Shown: positions 43,401 through 58,400, counted from the stretch's first letter. The stretch is DNA of 64,000 nt from Thermodesulfobacteriota bacterium (GCA_965116075.1 OZ220467.1:684580-748579), one strand, 5' to 3'. Notes: a model not told the origin generated them from the letters alone. Program-made: numbers and translations.

Positions 43401-46400
43401 GCGACGCCGCTTACGCCGCCTGGGGCTCCGCAGAACCTGGCGACGAGTGACGGCGACGGTCAGGTGATATTGCGGTGGCGTAATCAGGGTGATAGTACGA
43501 TCACCGGCTGGGAGTACCGGCAGAAGCCGGATGGCGGTGAGTACGGTGAGTGGATGGCGATCGACGGTTCCGGTTCGGGGACGACGACCCACACGGTGAC
43601 GGGGCTTACGAACGGCACCCGGTACACGTTCGAGGTGCGCGCGGAGAACGGCGGTGGCAAGGGGGCGTCGTCGGAGGTGATGGCGACGCCGGTACGGGGT
43701 CCTGCCGAGGCGCCGACGGGTTTCACGGTGACGCCGGGGGACGGTCAGGTGACGTTGTCTTGGGACAGTTCGGATGATGATCGTATCAGCCGCTGGAGCT
43801 ACCGGCAGAAGGCGGGCGACGGCGAGTACGGCAGGTGGACCGCTATTCCGGGTGATGCGACGACGACGAGCCACACGGTGACGGGGCTTACGAACGGCAC
43901 GAAGTACACGTTCCAGGTTCGGGCGTGGCAGAAGGACAGTGTGGCGGGCAAGTCTACCGCCGGGATCACAGTGACGCCGACGCCGGCCCCAGCGACGGCG
44001 GTTTCGCTAAGTATCGCGGATGCGACGGTAGCGGAGGCTGCGGGTACGATGTCGTTCACGGTGACGGCGACTCCGGCGCCGAGTTCGCTGATAACGTTCC
44101 AGTACGCGGTGACGGCGGAGAGTGGGAACACGGCGACTGCGGGTACGGATTTCACCGGGGTGTCGACGCCGACTGAGGTGACGATTGCGGCTAACGCGAG
44201 TAGCGCGACGATTGCGGTTGCGGTGACGGACGATGTTCTGGTAGAGGGTGATGAGACGTTTACGGTGACGTTGTCAGCGCCGTCTGCCGGAGTGACGATT
44301 TCCGATGCTACGGCGACGGGTACGATCACCGATGACGACTTCTTGCCGGGCAAGCCTGCGGGATTTGAGGCGACGGGAGGCAACGCTCAGGTGGCCCTGT
44401 CGTGGGACGATCCGGAGGACGCGAGCATCACGCGTTACGAGTTGCAGCAGAAGGAGAGGAGCAACGCCTGGGGTTCGTGGACTGCGATATCGGATTCGGA
44501 CGCGGAGACGACGACCCATACGGTGACGGGACTGGATAACGGCAGTGAGTATCGCTTCCGCATCCGTGCGGTAAACCCGAGCGGCGCGGGCGCGCAGTCT
44601 TCGGTGGTGAAGGCGACGCCGCAGGCGAATCCCGCAAAGCCTGTGCTGACGGCGACGGCGGGCAACGCTCAGGTGACGTTGAGTTGGCAGTTGCAGCCGG
44701 GCATTGCGATCGCGACCTGGACGTATCAGTACAGCAGCGACGGCGGTTCTACGTGGAGCGCGTCGCAGACGGTGACGGGCGCGAGCGCGACGAGCACGGT
44801 GGTGACGGGGCTTACGAACGACACGGAGTACGCGTTCCGTATGTTCGCTGCGGTGGGTCCGGGCGCGCAGTCCGCGTGGTCGGACTTTGTGAAGGCGACG
44901 CCGAGGGCGCCGGCGCCTGCCGCCCCGGCGAATTTCAGCGCGAGTCCCGGCAACGCCCAGGTGAAGTTGACGTGGGATGATCCTGAGGACGCGAGCATCA
45001 GCGTCTGGCAGTTGCGCTACGGCAAGCAGGGTGAGGACTGGGGTTCATGGAAGAGGATGTCGGGATCGGACGCGAGCACGACCACTCACACGGTGACGGG
45101 TCTTGAGAACGGCAGCGCGTACCGTTTTCGGATTCGGGCGAAGAACAGCAGTGGCTTGGGCGCGCGGTCGCCTGCGGTGACGGCAACGCCCCGGGTGCTG
45201 GTGAAGCCTGTGGTGACGGCGCAAGCGGGCGACGGTAAGGTGACGTTAAGCTGGTCTGCGCAGCCGGGTTCCGGCGTGACGGCCTGGGTCTACCAGTCGA
45301 GTAGCGATGGTGGTTCTACGTGGAGCGCGTCGCAGACGGTGACGGGCGGCAGCGTGACGAGCGTGGTGGTGACGGGACTTACGAACGACACGGAGTACGC
45401 GTTCCGTATGTTCGCCCGCGCTGGCAGCGCGCAGTCTTCGTGGTCGGACCATGTGAAGGCTACGCCGAAAGCGGCATCGCTGAGCGTTGCGGACGTGACG
45501 GCTGCGGAGGATGGCGCGTTCACATTCACGGTGACGGCTGATCCTGCGCCGGCCTCGGAGATCAGTTTCAAGTACACGGTGACGGCGGAGACCGGCGATA
45601 CGGCGACTGCGGGTACGGACTTCACGGCGGTTACGACAGCGACGGAGAAGACGATTGCTGCGAACGCGACCAGCGTGTCGATAACGGTGACGGTGACGGA
45701 TGATGATATTGACGAGGACAATGAGACGTTTACGGTGACGTTGTCAGAGCCGTCCTCCGGGGTGACGCTCACCGACGCTACGGCGACGGGTACGATAACG
45801 GACAATGACACGGCGGGCGTGACGATCTCGCCGACCTCGCTGACGGTGGAGGAAGGTGATAGCGGCGAGTACACGGTGGCGCTGGACACGGAGCCGACGG
45901 CGGACGTGACGGTGACGGTGGGCGGAGAATCAGGCGAGGTGACGGTGGACCCGTCTTCGCTGACGTTCACGTCGTCGAACTACGGCACGGCGCAGACGGT
46001 GACGGTGAGCGCCGGGTCGGATGCGGACGCGACGGACGATACTGCGACGCTGACGCATGAGGCGTCCGGCAGCGACACGAACTACGGCTCGTCGCTTGAC
46101 ATAGACGAAGTCTCGGTGACGGTGACGGACACGACGCCGACGTTGCAGTTATTGACGGACCCTGCGGCGGTGACGGAGGGGACGGCGATCAGTCTTTCGG
46201 TGACGTCGGACCGGGCGCTGACGGGTAATCTGACGGTGAGCCTGACGCTTTCGGGCCGTGGTTCGAGCGGTTTCGATGCGGACGACATTCCGGGCGGGTT
46301 GGGTCCGCGTGACTTCACCGCATCGTTTGGCAACACCGCCGGCAGGACGGGCGTGGTGACGATCCCGACCAGCACGGACTCGACCACGGAGGGCGCGGAG

Positions 46401-49400
46401 ACATACCGGATCACGCTTAGCGATGCCGACGGCTATGCGGTTGGCGACGATGTGACGGCTGACGGCACGTTGAACGACGGCGCGGCGACGCCCTGCAAGG
46501 TGTCGGTGACGAACTACCGCGCGATTGACGACAGTGGTTTTCTGCCGGTTTACTCGATTTCGTTCGGTTTGCGGATACCGGCGAACTGTGGTCCGATCAC
46601 GGGGATGCAGCGTCAGATCAAGACCTTGAGTCAGGGCTGGGGCGATGTGGAGTGGGTGGACCTGGAGAATGCGGGTCTGCGTACGTTTGCTAACAGCGCC
46701 ACTGCCAGGACGCCTTCCGGAATCGAGCTGGTCTTCCTGAATTCCGGCAGCGGCAAGCATCAGGTTCGGGTGCGCGCGCAGAACGGCGCGCGAGTCGGTC
46801 CGGCATCCGACGAGGTGTCGGTGACGTTCGAAGTCCCGCCCACACCGAGCGGGCTGAGCGCGACCCCTGGCGCTGCCTCGGTGACGCTGACCTGGAATGC
46901 GCAGTCCGGGGAGCAGATCACGTCGTGGAACGTCCAGTACAAGCGGGGTTCCGAGTCGTACCGGAACCTGCACGTGGCGGATGCCGGGGACGGCAGCACG
47001 ACGACGGCTACGGTGACGGGTCTGTCGGCAGAGGAGTACACGTTCCGTTTGCAGGCTAGGAACGAGAACGGTCTGAGCGCGGCCTCGTCGACGGTGACGG
47101 CGACGCCGACAGCAGCGACCGTGGTTCCGCCCGCTCCGACGGGCGTGAGGGCGACGGGGGGTGACGGCGAGGTGACGCTGTCGTGGACCGACCCGCAGAA
47201 CGATACGATCACGAAGTGGCAGTACCGGCAGAAGACGGGTAGCGGCGCTTACGGTGAGTGGACGGACCTTGAGCACAGCCGGACACGTAGCGCGTTTCCG
47301 ACGCTGACGGGTACGGTTGGTGATCTGACGAACGGGAGTTCGTATACGTTCGAGCTTCGCGCGGTGAACGGTGTCGGCGCTGGCGCGGCTTCTTCTGAGG
47401 TTACGGTGACGCTGGGCGCGGATGCGGATGCGGTATCGCTGAGCGTTGCGGACCTGACGGCGGCGGAGGGCGGTACGTTCGCGTTCACGGTGACGGCGAC
47501 GCCTGCGCCGGCCTCGGAGATCAGCTTCAAGTACACGGTGACGGCGGAGACCGGCGATACGGCGACTGCCGATACGGATTTCACAGAGGTTGATACGGCG
47601 ACCGAGGTGACGATTGCGGCGAACGCGACCACGGCGACGATAACGGTGTCGGTGACGGATGACGATCTTGATGAGGACAATGAGACGTTTACGGTGACGT
47701 TGTCAGAGCAGACCTCCGGGGTGACGCTCTCTGACGCCACTGCGACAGGGACGATAACGGATGATGATAATTCCCCGGTATTGGAAGATATAGAGGATTT
47801 AACGATAAGGCTGGGGCAGTCGGTGGATATAACTGCGGTGGCGACGGATGCGGACGACGATGACATCGGCTATGTCTGGACGCGTAAGTCCGGGGAGACG
47901 TCCCCTGCGATACCTGGTAGCGCGGATCTGGAAGTGGCTCGGTTGATGTTCAAGTCTACCTCGGTGGGTACGTACACGATGACGGTGACCGCATCTGACG
48001 GCAATGGGAACAGCGATACGGAGGAAGTGGAGATCACGGTGGTACGGGCGCGCGTGGTCTCGGTGCCGGCGACGCTGTCGGTGGCGGAGGATGATGGCGA
48101 TGCGGTGGTGACGGTGACGACGGAGGGCGCGTTTGGTGAGAATGTGACGTTTAACGTGACGTACGGTGGTACGAGCGCGACGGGGCACAACGACCCTGCC
48201 AGCGGCGACTATGACAATGATGCGGTGACGGCGATAACGTTTGGAGCGGGCGACCTGACAAAAGACATTGAGGTGCCGATAACGGATGATAATCTTGAAG
48301 AGGCTGATGAGACGTTCACGGTGACGATTGCCCCTGCGACCGCCACGCTGCCTGATGGTTTCGCAATGGGAGATGCCACGACGACGGTGACGATAGAGGA
48401 CAATGATACGCAAGCGCCGTGTAAGGTGGAGGTGGTGGATGTATCAACGACGGCGGATGCCAGTCCGTTCCCCGGCGGTCAATCAATTTACTCAATATCG
48501 TTTAAGGTGAGGATACCTGCGGATTGCGGCGCTATAACCAATATGCAGAGGCGTATAAAGACGAACGGGCAGTGGGGTGAATGGACGGATAATGAGGTGT
48601 TGCGCAGTTTTGCTGACAGCGCTACGGCAAGGACGCCTGCGGAGATGGAGTTGATACTCGTAGCGGATGGTAGCGCGAGGGAGGTGCAGGTTCGGGCGTT
48701 AAACGGTAGTAAGACAGGTCCTGAGTCAGAAGCTGTTGGCGTCACGTTTACCGCGCCGGGCAAGCCGGGTGGTTTGAGCGCTACAGGCGGGGCTGGTTCC
48801 GCAGCGTTGAGTTGGGATGGGCAGACGGGAGAGCAGATCACGGCATGGGTGGTGGAGTACAAGCGTGGTTCAGAGAGTTATAAGAGTAAGGTGATAGTGG
48901 ATGCTGGAGATGGTAGCGCTACAGCGACGACTATCACGGGTTTAGCGTCTGAGGAATACACTTTTCGTATAAAGGCGCGTAATCCAAACGGAGACAGTCC
49001 TTATTCAGATGAGACGACAGCTACGCCAGAGGCGGTGACCGCTGCTCCTGCGGCGCCGACGGGAGTGACGGGCAGTCCGGGGGACGGGGAAGTGAGGTTG
49101 GAGTGGGCAGACCCAGAAGATGCGAACATAACGAAGTGGCAATATGAGCAGAAGGCCGGTAGCGGCGCTTATGATGGGGCTTGGACGGACATCACGGTAT
49201 CAAAGAGCGGATCTCTTTCCAGGTTAACGGGTACGGTCACGGGTTTGACAAATGGCGTCAGTTATACGTTTAAGGCGCGCGCGGTGAATAGCGCGCTAAA
49301 TAGCGCTGTCGCCGGCTCGGGCAACGGCGCGGAATCGGATGAGGTGACGGTAGTGCCGATAGCGGCGCCGACGGGATTAACGGTGACGCCTGCGGGCAGT

Positions 49401-52400
49401 GGCAAGTTGCGTTTGAGGTGGACGGCGCCGACGGATGCGTCCCGTACGGGATGGGAGGTTAGGCACAGGGCGTCTGGAGGTGAATGGGGTGAGTGGGCTG
49501 CCATAACGGGCGCGGGTACGACGAGTCATCTTCTTACGGGATTAACGACGGGGACTTACTACAGGGTGCAGGTTAGAGCGGTGAACGGTAATGTAAAGAG
49601 CGCGACGGCGTTTGGTACTGCGGAGGTGAGAGGGACCGTATCGTTGAGCGTTGCGGACGTGACGGCTGCGGAGGATGGCGCGTTCGCATTCACGGTGACG
49701 GCGACGCCTGCGCCGGCTTCGGATATAAGCTTTAAGTACACGGTGACGGCGGAGAGTGATGACACTGCGACTGCGGGTACGGACTTCACGGCGGTTGAGA
49801 CGGCGACCGAGGTGACGATTGCGGCGGGTGAGACCACGGCGACGATAACGGTTGTGGTGACGGATGATGACATTGATGAGTCGGATGAGACGTTCACGGT
49901 GACGTTGTCAGACCTTCCGGAATGGGTGGAGTTGGGTGATCCCACCGCGACAGGGACGATAACGGACAACGATGAGACGCCAGCGCCGTGTAAGGTGGAG
50001 GTGGTGGATGTATCAACGACGGCGGATGCCAGTCCGTTCCCCGGCGGTCAATCGATTTACTCAATATCATTTAAGGTGAGGATACCTGCGGATTGCGGCG
50101 CTATAACCAATATGCAGAGGCGTATAAAGACGAACGGGCAGTGGGGCGAATGGACGGATAATGAGGTGTTGCGCAGTTTTGGGGACAGCGCTACGGCAAG
50201 GACGCCTGCGGAGATGGAGTTGATACTCGTAGCGGATGGAAGCGCGAGGGAGGTGCAGGTTCGCGCGTTAAACGGTAGTAAGACAGGTCCTGAGTCAGAA
50301 GCTGTTGGCGTCACGTTTACCGCGCCGGGCAAGCCGGGTGGTTTGAGCGCTACAGGCGGGGCTGGTTCCGCAGCGTTGAGTTGGGATGGGCAGACGGGAG
50401 AGCAGATCACGGCATGGGTGGTGGAGTACAAGCGTGGGTCAGAGAGTTATAAGAGTAAGGTGATAGTGGATGCTGGAGATGGTAGCGCTACAGCGACGAC
50501 TATCACGGGTTTAGCGCCTGAGGAATACACTTTTCGTATAAAGGCGCGTAATCCAAACGGAGACAGTCCTTATTCAGATGAGACGACGGCTACGCCGGGC
50601 GCGGTGACCGCTGCTCCTGCGGCGCCGACGGGAGTGACGGGCAGTCCGGGGGACGGGGAAGTGAGGTTGGAGTGGGCAGACCCAGAAGATGCGAACATAA
50701 CGAAGTGGCAATATGAGCAGAAGGCCGGTAGCGGCGCTTATGATGGGGCTTGGACGGACATCACGGTATCAAAGAGCGGATCTCTTTCCAGGTTAACGGG
50801 TACGGTCACGGGTTTGACAAACGGCGTCAGTTATACGTTTAAGGCGCGCGCGGTAAATAGCGCGCTAAATAGCGCTGTCGCCGGCTCGGGCAACGGCGCG
50901 GAATCGGATGAGGTGACGGTAGTGCCGATAGCTGCGCCGACGGGATTAACGGTGACGCCTGCGGGCAGTGGCAAGTTGCGTTTGAGGTGGACGGCGCCGA
51001 CGGATGCGTCCCGTACGGGATGGGAGGTTAGGCACAGGGCGTCTGGAGGTGAATGGGGTGAGTGGGCTGCCATAACGGGCGCGGGTACGACGAGTCATCT
51101 TCTTACGGGATTAACGACGGGGACTTACTACAGGGTGCAGGTTAGAGCGGTGAACGGTAATGTAAAGAGCGCGACGGCGTTTGGGACTGCGGAGGTGAGA
51201 GGGACCGTATCGTTGAGCGTTGCGGACGTGGAGGCTGCGGAGGATGGCGCGTTCACGTTCACGGTGACGGCGACGCCGGCGCCGGCTTCGGATATAAGCT
51301 TTAAGTACACGGTGACGGCGGAGAGTGATGATACTGCGACTGCGGGTACGGACTTCACGGCGGTTGAGACGGCGACCGAGGTGACGATTGCGGCGGGAGA
51401 GACCACGGCGACGATAACGGTTGTGGTGACGGATGATGACATTGATGAGTCGGATGAGACGTTCACGGTGACGTTGTCAGACCTTCCGGAATGGGTGGAG
51501 TTGGGTGATCCCACCGCGACAGGGACGATAACGGACAATGATGAGACTCCTGCGCCGTGTAAGGTGGAGGTGGTGGATGTATCAACGACGGCGGATGCCA
51601 GTCCGTTCCCCGGCGGTCAATCGATTTACTCAATATCGTTTAGGGTGAGGATACCTGCGACTTGCGGCGCTATAACCAATATGCAGAGGCGTATAAAGAC
51701 GAACGGGCAGTGGGGCGAGTGGACGGATAATGAGGTGTTGCGCAGTTTTGGGGACAGCGCTACGGCAAGGACGCCTGCGGAGATGGAGTTGATACTCGTA
51801 GCGGATGGTAGCGCGAGGGAGGTGCAGGTTCGGGCGTTAAACGGTAGTAAGACAGGTCCTGAGTCAGAAGCTGTTGGCGTCACGTTTACCGCGCCGGGCA
51901 AGCCGGGTGGTTTGAGCGCTACAGGCGGGGCTGGTTCCGCAGCGTTGAGTTGGGACGGGCAGACGGGAGAGCAGATCACGGCATGGGTGGTGGAGTACAA
52001 GCGTGGTTCAGAGAGTTATAAGAGTAAGGTGATAGTGGATGCTGGAGATGGTAGCACTACAGAGGCGACTATCACGGGTTTAGCGCCTGAGGAATACACT
52101 TTTCGCATAAAGGCGCGTAATCCAAACGGAGACAGTCCTTATTCAGATGAGACGACGGCTACGCCAGAAGCGGTGACCGCTGCTCCTGCGGCGCCGACGG
52201 GAGTAATGGGCAGTCCGGGGGACGGGGAAGTGAGGTTGGAGTGGGCAGACCCAGAAGATGCGAACATAACGAAGTGGCAATATGAGCAGAAGGCCGGTAG
52301 CGGCGCTTATGATGAGGCTTGGACGGACATCACGGTATCAAAGAGCGGATCTCTTTCCAGGTTAACGGGTACGGTCACGGGTTTGACAAACGGCGTCAGT

Positions 52401-55400
52401 TATACGTTTAAGGCGCGCGCGGTGAATAGCGCGCTAAATAGCGCTGTCGCCGGCTCGGGCAACGGCGCGGAATCGGATGAGGTGACGGTAGTGCCGATAG
52501 CGGCGCCGACGGGATTAACGGTGACGCCTGCGGGCAGTGGCAAGTTGCGTTTGAGGTGGACGGCGCCGACGGATGCGTCCCGTACGGGATGGGAGGTTAG
52601 GCACAGGGCGTCTGGAGGTGAATGGGGTGAGTGGGCTGCCATAACGGGCGCGGGTACGACGAGTCATCTTCTTACGGGATTAACGACGGGGACTTACTAC
52701 AGGGTGCAGGTTAGAGCGGTGAGTTCTAATGGAAGAAGCGCGACGGCGTTTGGTACTGCGGAGGTGAGAGGGACCGTATCGTTGAGCGTTGCGGACGTGG
52801 AGGCTGCGGAGGACGGCGCGTTCGCATTCACGGTGACGGCGACGCCTGCGCCGGCTTCGGAGATAAGCTTTAAGTACACGGTGACGGCGGAGAGTGATGA
52901 CACTGCGACTGCGGGTACGGACTTCACGGCGGTTGAGACGGCGACCGAGGTTACGATTGCGGCGGGTGAGACCACGGAGACGATAACGGTTGTGGTGGCG
53001 GATGATGACATTGATGAGTCGGATGAGACGTTCACGGTGACGTTGTCAGACCTTCCCGAATGGGTGGAGTTGGGTGATCCCACCGCGACAGGGACGATAA
53101 CGGACAATGACAATTCACCTGTGGTGGCGGCGATAGAGGATAAGACGATTAGTTTGGGGCAGCCGGTGGATATAACGGCGTCTGCGACGGATGCGGACAG
53201 TGGCGATACGATCAGCTACGCATGGACGCGTAAGTCCGGGGAGACGTCCCCTGCGATACCGGATGGCACGGCGCTGGACGCTGCGCGGTTGATGTTCACG
53301 CCGCTTGCGAAGGGTAAGTACACGATGACGGTGACTGCAAGTGACGGCAACGGCAACACGGGCGTTGAGGAAGTGACGGTCACGGTAAGCGATAAGGGTA
53401 CGGTGTCGGTGTCGCCGACGGCGTCGGTGACGGAGGGTACGGACGCGGCGGCGGTGAGGGTAACGGCTTCGTCGGCGTTGGGTAAGTCTGTGACGTTTAA
53501 CGTGACGTATGGTGGTACGAGCGCGACGGGGCACAACGACCCTGCCAGCGGCGACTATGACAACGATGCGGTGACGGCGGTAACGTTTGGAGCGGGTGAT
53601 CTGACAAAAGACATTGCAGTGCCGATAACGGATGATGATCTGGACGAAGATGACGAGACGTTCACGGTAACAATCGCCCTGGCGGGGGGCAGTTCGCTGC
53701 CTGCGGGTTTTGAGTTAGGGAATGTCCGAACGACGGTGACGATAACGGATGATGATAGTTCTCCGGAGTTGGAGGAGATAGATGATAGTACGGTGAAGCG
53801 AGGGGGTGAAGTGGACATCACTGCGGTGGCGACGGATGCGGACGGTGATACGGTGACGTACGCCTGGACGCGCAAGGCGGGTGAGACGTCACCGGCGCTT
53901 CCGAACGGCGTGGCGTTGAATGCGGCTCGTCTGACGTTCACTACGACCGAGGTGGGTAAGTACACGATGACGGTGACGGCATCTGACGGCAATGGGAACA
54001 GCGATAGTGAAGAGGTGGTGATAACGGTCAGTAACCCTCCCGCAAAGCCTAAGGGGTTTGAAGTCAGTGCGGGCAACGCGCGTGTGGTGTTGTCGTGGAG
54101 AGACCCTGAAGACGATAGCATAACCGGTTGGGAGATGCGGCAACGGAAGGGTAGCGCGTCTTGGGGGCAGTGGGCAGGCATTGCGGATTCCGACGCTGAT
54201 ACTACCACTCACGCGGTGACGGGGCTTACGAACGGTAGCGAGTACCGTTTTCAGATACGAGCGGTGAACGACGCTGGTAAGAGTAAACCGTCGCCGGCGC
54301 TGGCAGCGACGCCGAAGGAGAGTTTGCTGGTCAAGCCGGTGTTGACGGCGACTGGTGGCGACAGATCAGTGACATTGAGTTGGACGCACCCGGACACGGG
54401 GATTACCAGTTGGGTTTACCAGTACAAAAGCGGTACGCAGGAGTGGAGTACGGACCGACAGGAGACTATAACAGGAGGGAGCGGGACGAGCAAAGTGGTG
54501 ACGGGGCTTACGAACGGAACGGAGTACATGTTCCGCGTATTCGTTCGCGCAGGGCTGACGTCGCAATCCGGATGGTCGTCGGAGGCGACGGCGACGCCGG
54601 GCGCGCTTACGATTTCCGTGGAGGCTATGACGGTGGAGGAGGGGGATTCCGGGGAGACGCCGATGGATTTTCAGGTGAGGTTAAGCGGTTCTCCGAGCGA
54701 TAGGGTGGAGATAGAAGTTACGGCGTGGGCGAAGGGGGTTACGGGAGCGGCGGCAAAGGGAGGTAAAGGGGCTGGTCAGGATTTCATAGGGTTTAGGGCT
54801 CGGAGGATAGTTTTTGCCGCAGGCGCGACGGGCGCTGATTTAAGTAAGACGGTGCGAGTGAAGGTATTGGGAGATGAGGTGGATGAGGAGGATGAGAAGT
54901 TTATCCTGCGACTCAACTATATACGTACTAATTTGACAGGCGTGGGTTTTGCGGGAGGTGAGTCCAAGTTGGAAGTGACAGGCACGATAACGGATGATGA
55001 TGAGGCTACGGCTAGCGGGCATGAGATTTCGGTAGAGGATGTGACGATAGCCGAGGGTGACGTGGGAGAGAAGGAGATGAGTTTCACGGTGACGCTAAGC
55101 GGGACTCCGAGTCACGAGGTGGGGATAGAAGTTACGGCGTGGGCGAAGGGAGTTACGGGAGAGGCGGCTAAGGGAGGCAGGGGGCCTGGGCGTGATTTCA
55201 TAGGTTTTAGGGCTCGGAAGATAGCTTTTGCCGCAGGCGCGACAGGCGCTGGTCTAAGTAAGACAGTGCGAGTGAAGGTACTGGGAGATGAGGTGGATGA
55301 GGAAGATGAGGAGTTTATCCTGCTACTCAACAACCTAAGGACGGAAGATACCCGCGTGGTTTTTGCGGGAGGTGAGTCCAAGTTGGAAGTGACAGGCACG

Positions 55401-58400
55401 ATAACGGATGATGACGAGGCTACGGCTAGCGGGCATGAGATTTCAGTGGGGGATGCGACGGTAACCGAGGGTGACTCTGGCGCGCGTACGAGTATGAATT
55501 TCACCGTGACGTTAAGTGGTACGCCGAGTCATGAGGTTAAGGTTCGCGCTGTTGCCAAGGACGGTACGGCAGAGGAAGGCGCTGGGAAGGACTTCAGGCA
55601 GTACTCTGGAAACAAGGAGGTGGTTTTTGCCGCGGGCGCGACGGGTAGTGGATTAAGTAAGACGGTGGTGGTGCAGGTACTGGGGGATGATATAGATGAG
55701 GGAGAACAAGAGGAGTTTACTCTGCAGTTGAGTAGCATAAGGACGGAAGATGCGCGTGTGGTATTTGCCGGGAACAAAGGGAACATAGAAGCCACTGGTA
55801 CGATAACGGATGATGATACGGCGGGCGTGACGTTGTCTGAGTCTGCGCTGACGGTGGAAGAAGGTGGTAGCGGGACCTACGAGGTGAAGCTTGACACTAA
55901 ACCTTCAAGTGAAGTGACGGTGACGGTGAGCGGTGAGTCAGGTGAAGTGACGGTTATGGGTTCGCCGCTGACGTTCACGCCGGCCAACTACAACGTGGCG
56001 CAGACGGTGACGGTGAATGCGGGGACGGATGCGGACGCGACGGATGACACTGCGACGCTGACGCATGCGGCATCCAGTACCGATACGAACTACGGTTCTT
56101 CTCTGGAAGTGGAAGACCTTTCGGTGACGGTGACGGATACGACGCCGACGTTGCAGCTATTGACGGACCCTGCGGCGGTGACGGAGGGGACAAGCATAAG
56201 TCTCTCGGTGTCTTCGGACCGCGCGTTAACGGGCGATCTGACGGTGAGTCTGACGCTTGCGGACCGTGGACCAAGCGGTTTTGATGCGGACGACATTCAG
56301 AGTACGCTGGGTCCGCGGGACTTCACCGCTTCGTTCGGCGACACCGCCGGCACGACAGGTACGGTGAGTATTCCGACTATCTCAGATGCCACTTCAGAGG
56401 GCGCGGAGACATACCGGATAACGCTTAACGACGGTACGGGGTACGTAGTGGGCGCCAAGACTACGGCGGATGGGGCGGTGAATGACCCGCTGGCAAAGCC
56501 GGCGGGACTTACGGCCAGTCCCGGCAATACGCGGGTGGAGTTGTCGTGGGACGACCCTGAGAACGGTAGCATAACGGTTTGGCAGGCGCAGCATAGCAAG
56601 GTAGGCGAGAGTTGGGGTTCCTGGACGGATATTAGCGGTTCTGACGCGAGCACTACCACTCACGCGGTGACTGGTCTGGATAACGGTAGCGAGTACCGTT
56701 TCAGGATACGAGCGAAGAGCAGTAGTGAGGTGGGACCGCAGTCGGCTGTGGTGAGAGCGACGCCGCGTGTAGTGGTGAAGCCGGTGGTGACGGCGACTGC
56801 GGGCGCCGGGTCGGTGACGTTGAGTTGGCCTGCGCAGCCGGGTTCCGGCGTGACGGCGTGGGGCTACCAGTCGAGTAGCGATGGTGGTACGAGCTGGACG
56901 TCGACGAAGATCGTGAACGACGGCAGCGCGACGAGCGTGGTGGTGAAGGGGCTTACCAACGGTACGGAGTACACGTTCCGGGTGTTTGGTCGCGCTGGCT
57001 CTGCGCAGTCGTCCTGGTCAGACCACGTGAAGGCGACCCCGTTGGCGAAGCCTGGAAGGCCGGCGGGTTTTTCGGTAAGCGGTGGTGACGCGCAGGTGGA
57101 GTTATCGTGGAACGACCCTGACAACGACACTATAACGGTTTGGCAGGCGCGTTACGGCAAGGTGGGCGAAGACTGGGGCGATTGGACAGATATAGAAAGT
57201 TCTGACGCCGATACTACGAGTCACACGGTGAGTGGGCTTGATAACGGCAGCGAGTACCGTTTCAAGGTACGGGCGGTGAACAGTAGCGGTAACGGTCGTG
57301 AGTCGGCTACGCTTAAAGCGACGCCGGAGGAGAATAGGGTAGCCAAGCCGGTCTTGAGAGCTACGGCAGGTGACGGGTCAGTGACATTGAGGTGGAAGAG
57401 ACAGGCCGGAGTTACGAGTTGGGTATATCAGTACAAAAGCGGTACGCAGGAGTGGAGCGCGCGACCACAGAAGACTGTAACAGGAGGAAACACGACGAGC
57501 GTGGTGGTGACGGGGCTTACGAATGATACGGAATACACGTTTCGGATGTTTGCCCGCGCTGACTCTGCGCAGTCTGCGTGGTCGGACTTCGCGAAGGCGA
57601 CGCCGAAGGCGCCGGCGCCCGCTATGCCGACGGGGCTTGTGGCAAGCGCGGGCAATGCGCAGGTGGAGTTGTCATGGTCCGACCCTGAGAACGACAGCAT
57701 AACGGTTTGGCAGGCGCGTTACGGCAAGGTAGGGGGATCATGGGGCGCTTGGACGGACATCTCCGGTTCTGACGCGGATACCACAAGCCACACCGTATCA
57801 GGGCTTACCAACGGCAGCGAGTATCGTTTCCGAATCCGGGCGAAGAACAGCAGTGGGCCAAGCGACCCGTCGGCTGTGGTGAGAGCGACGCCGGAGCAGC
57901 CGGAGACCGCGGGCGTGACGGTGTCAGTGTCGTCGCTGACGGTGAAGGAAGGAGGCAGCAGGACCTACAAGGTGAAGCTTGACACCGCGCCGGGGGCGAA
58001 TGTGACGATAACGGTGGGTGGCGCATCGGGTGATGTGACGGTGGACCCGGCTTCCCTTACGTTCACGGCGGGCAACTACAACACGGCGCAGACGGTGACG
58101 GTGAGCGCGGCTGCGGACGCGGACACGACGGATGATGCGGTGACGCTGACGCATACGTCGGCCAGCACCGATACGAACTACGGCGCCTCGCTTGACATAG
58201 ACGACGTCTCGGTGACGGTGACGGATACGACGCCGACGTTACAGCTATTGACGGCTCCTGCGGAAGTGGCGGAGGGGTCAAGCATAAGTCTTTTGGTGAC
58301 ATCGGACAAGGCCCTGCGTGGTACGTTAAAAGTGAAGTTGACGTTATCTGACCGGGACTCAAGTGGATTTACAGCGGCGGATATTGTTGGTACGCTCGGG

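Noticed and set aside
28678-54703. Plus-strand off-frame ORFs (28718-29329, 30743-31369, 35240-35701, 36827-37294, 37613-38287 and others)
   Set aside because: They lie in frames 1 or 2 inside the continuous frame-3 gene and give R/G/D-rich low-complexity products with no domain signatures.
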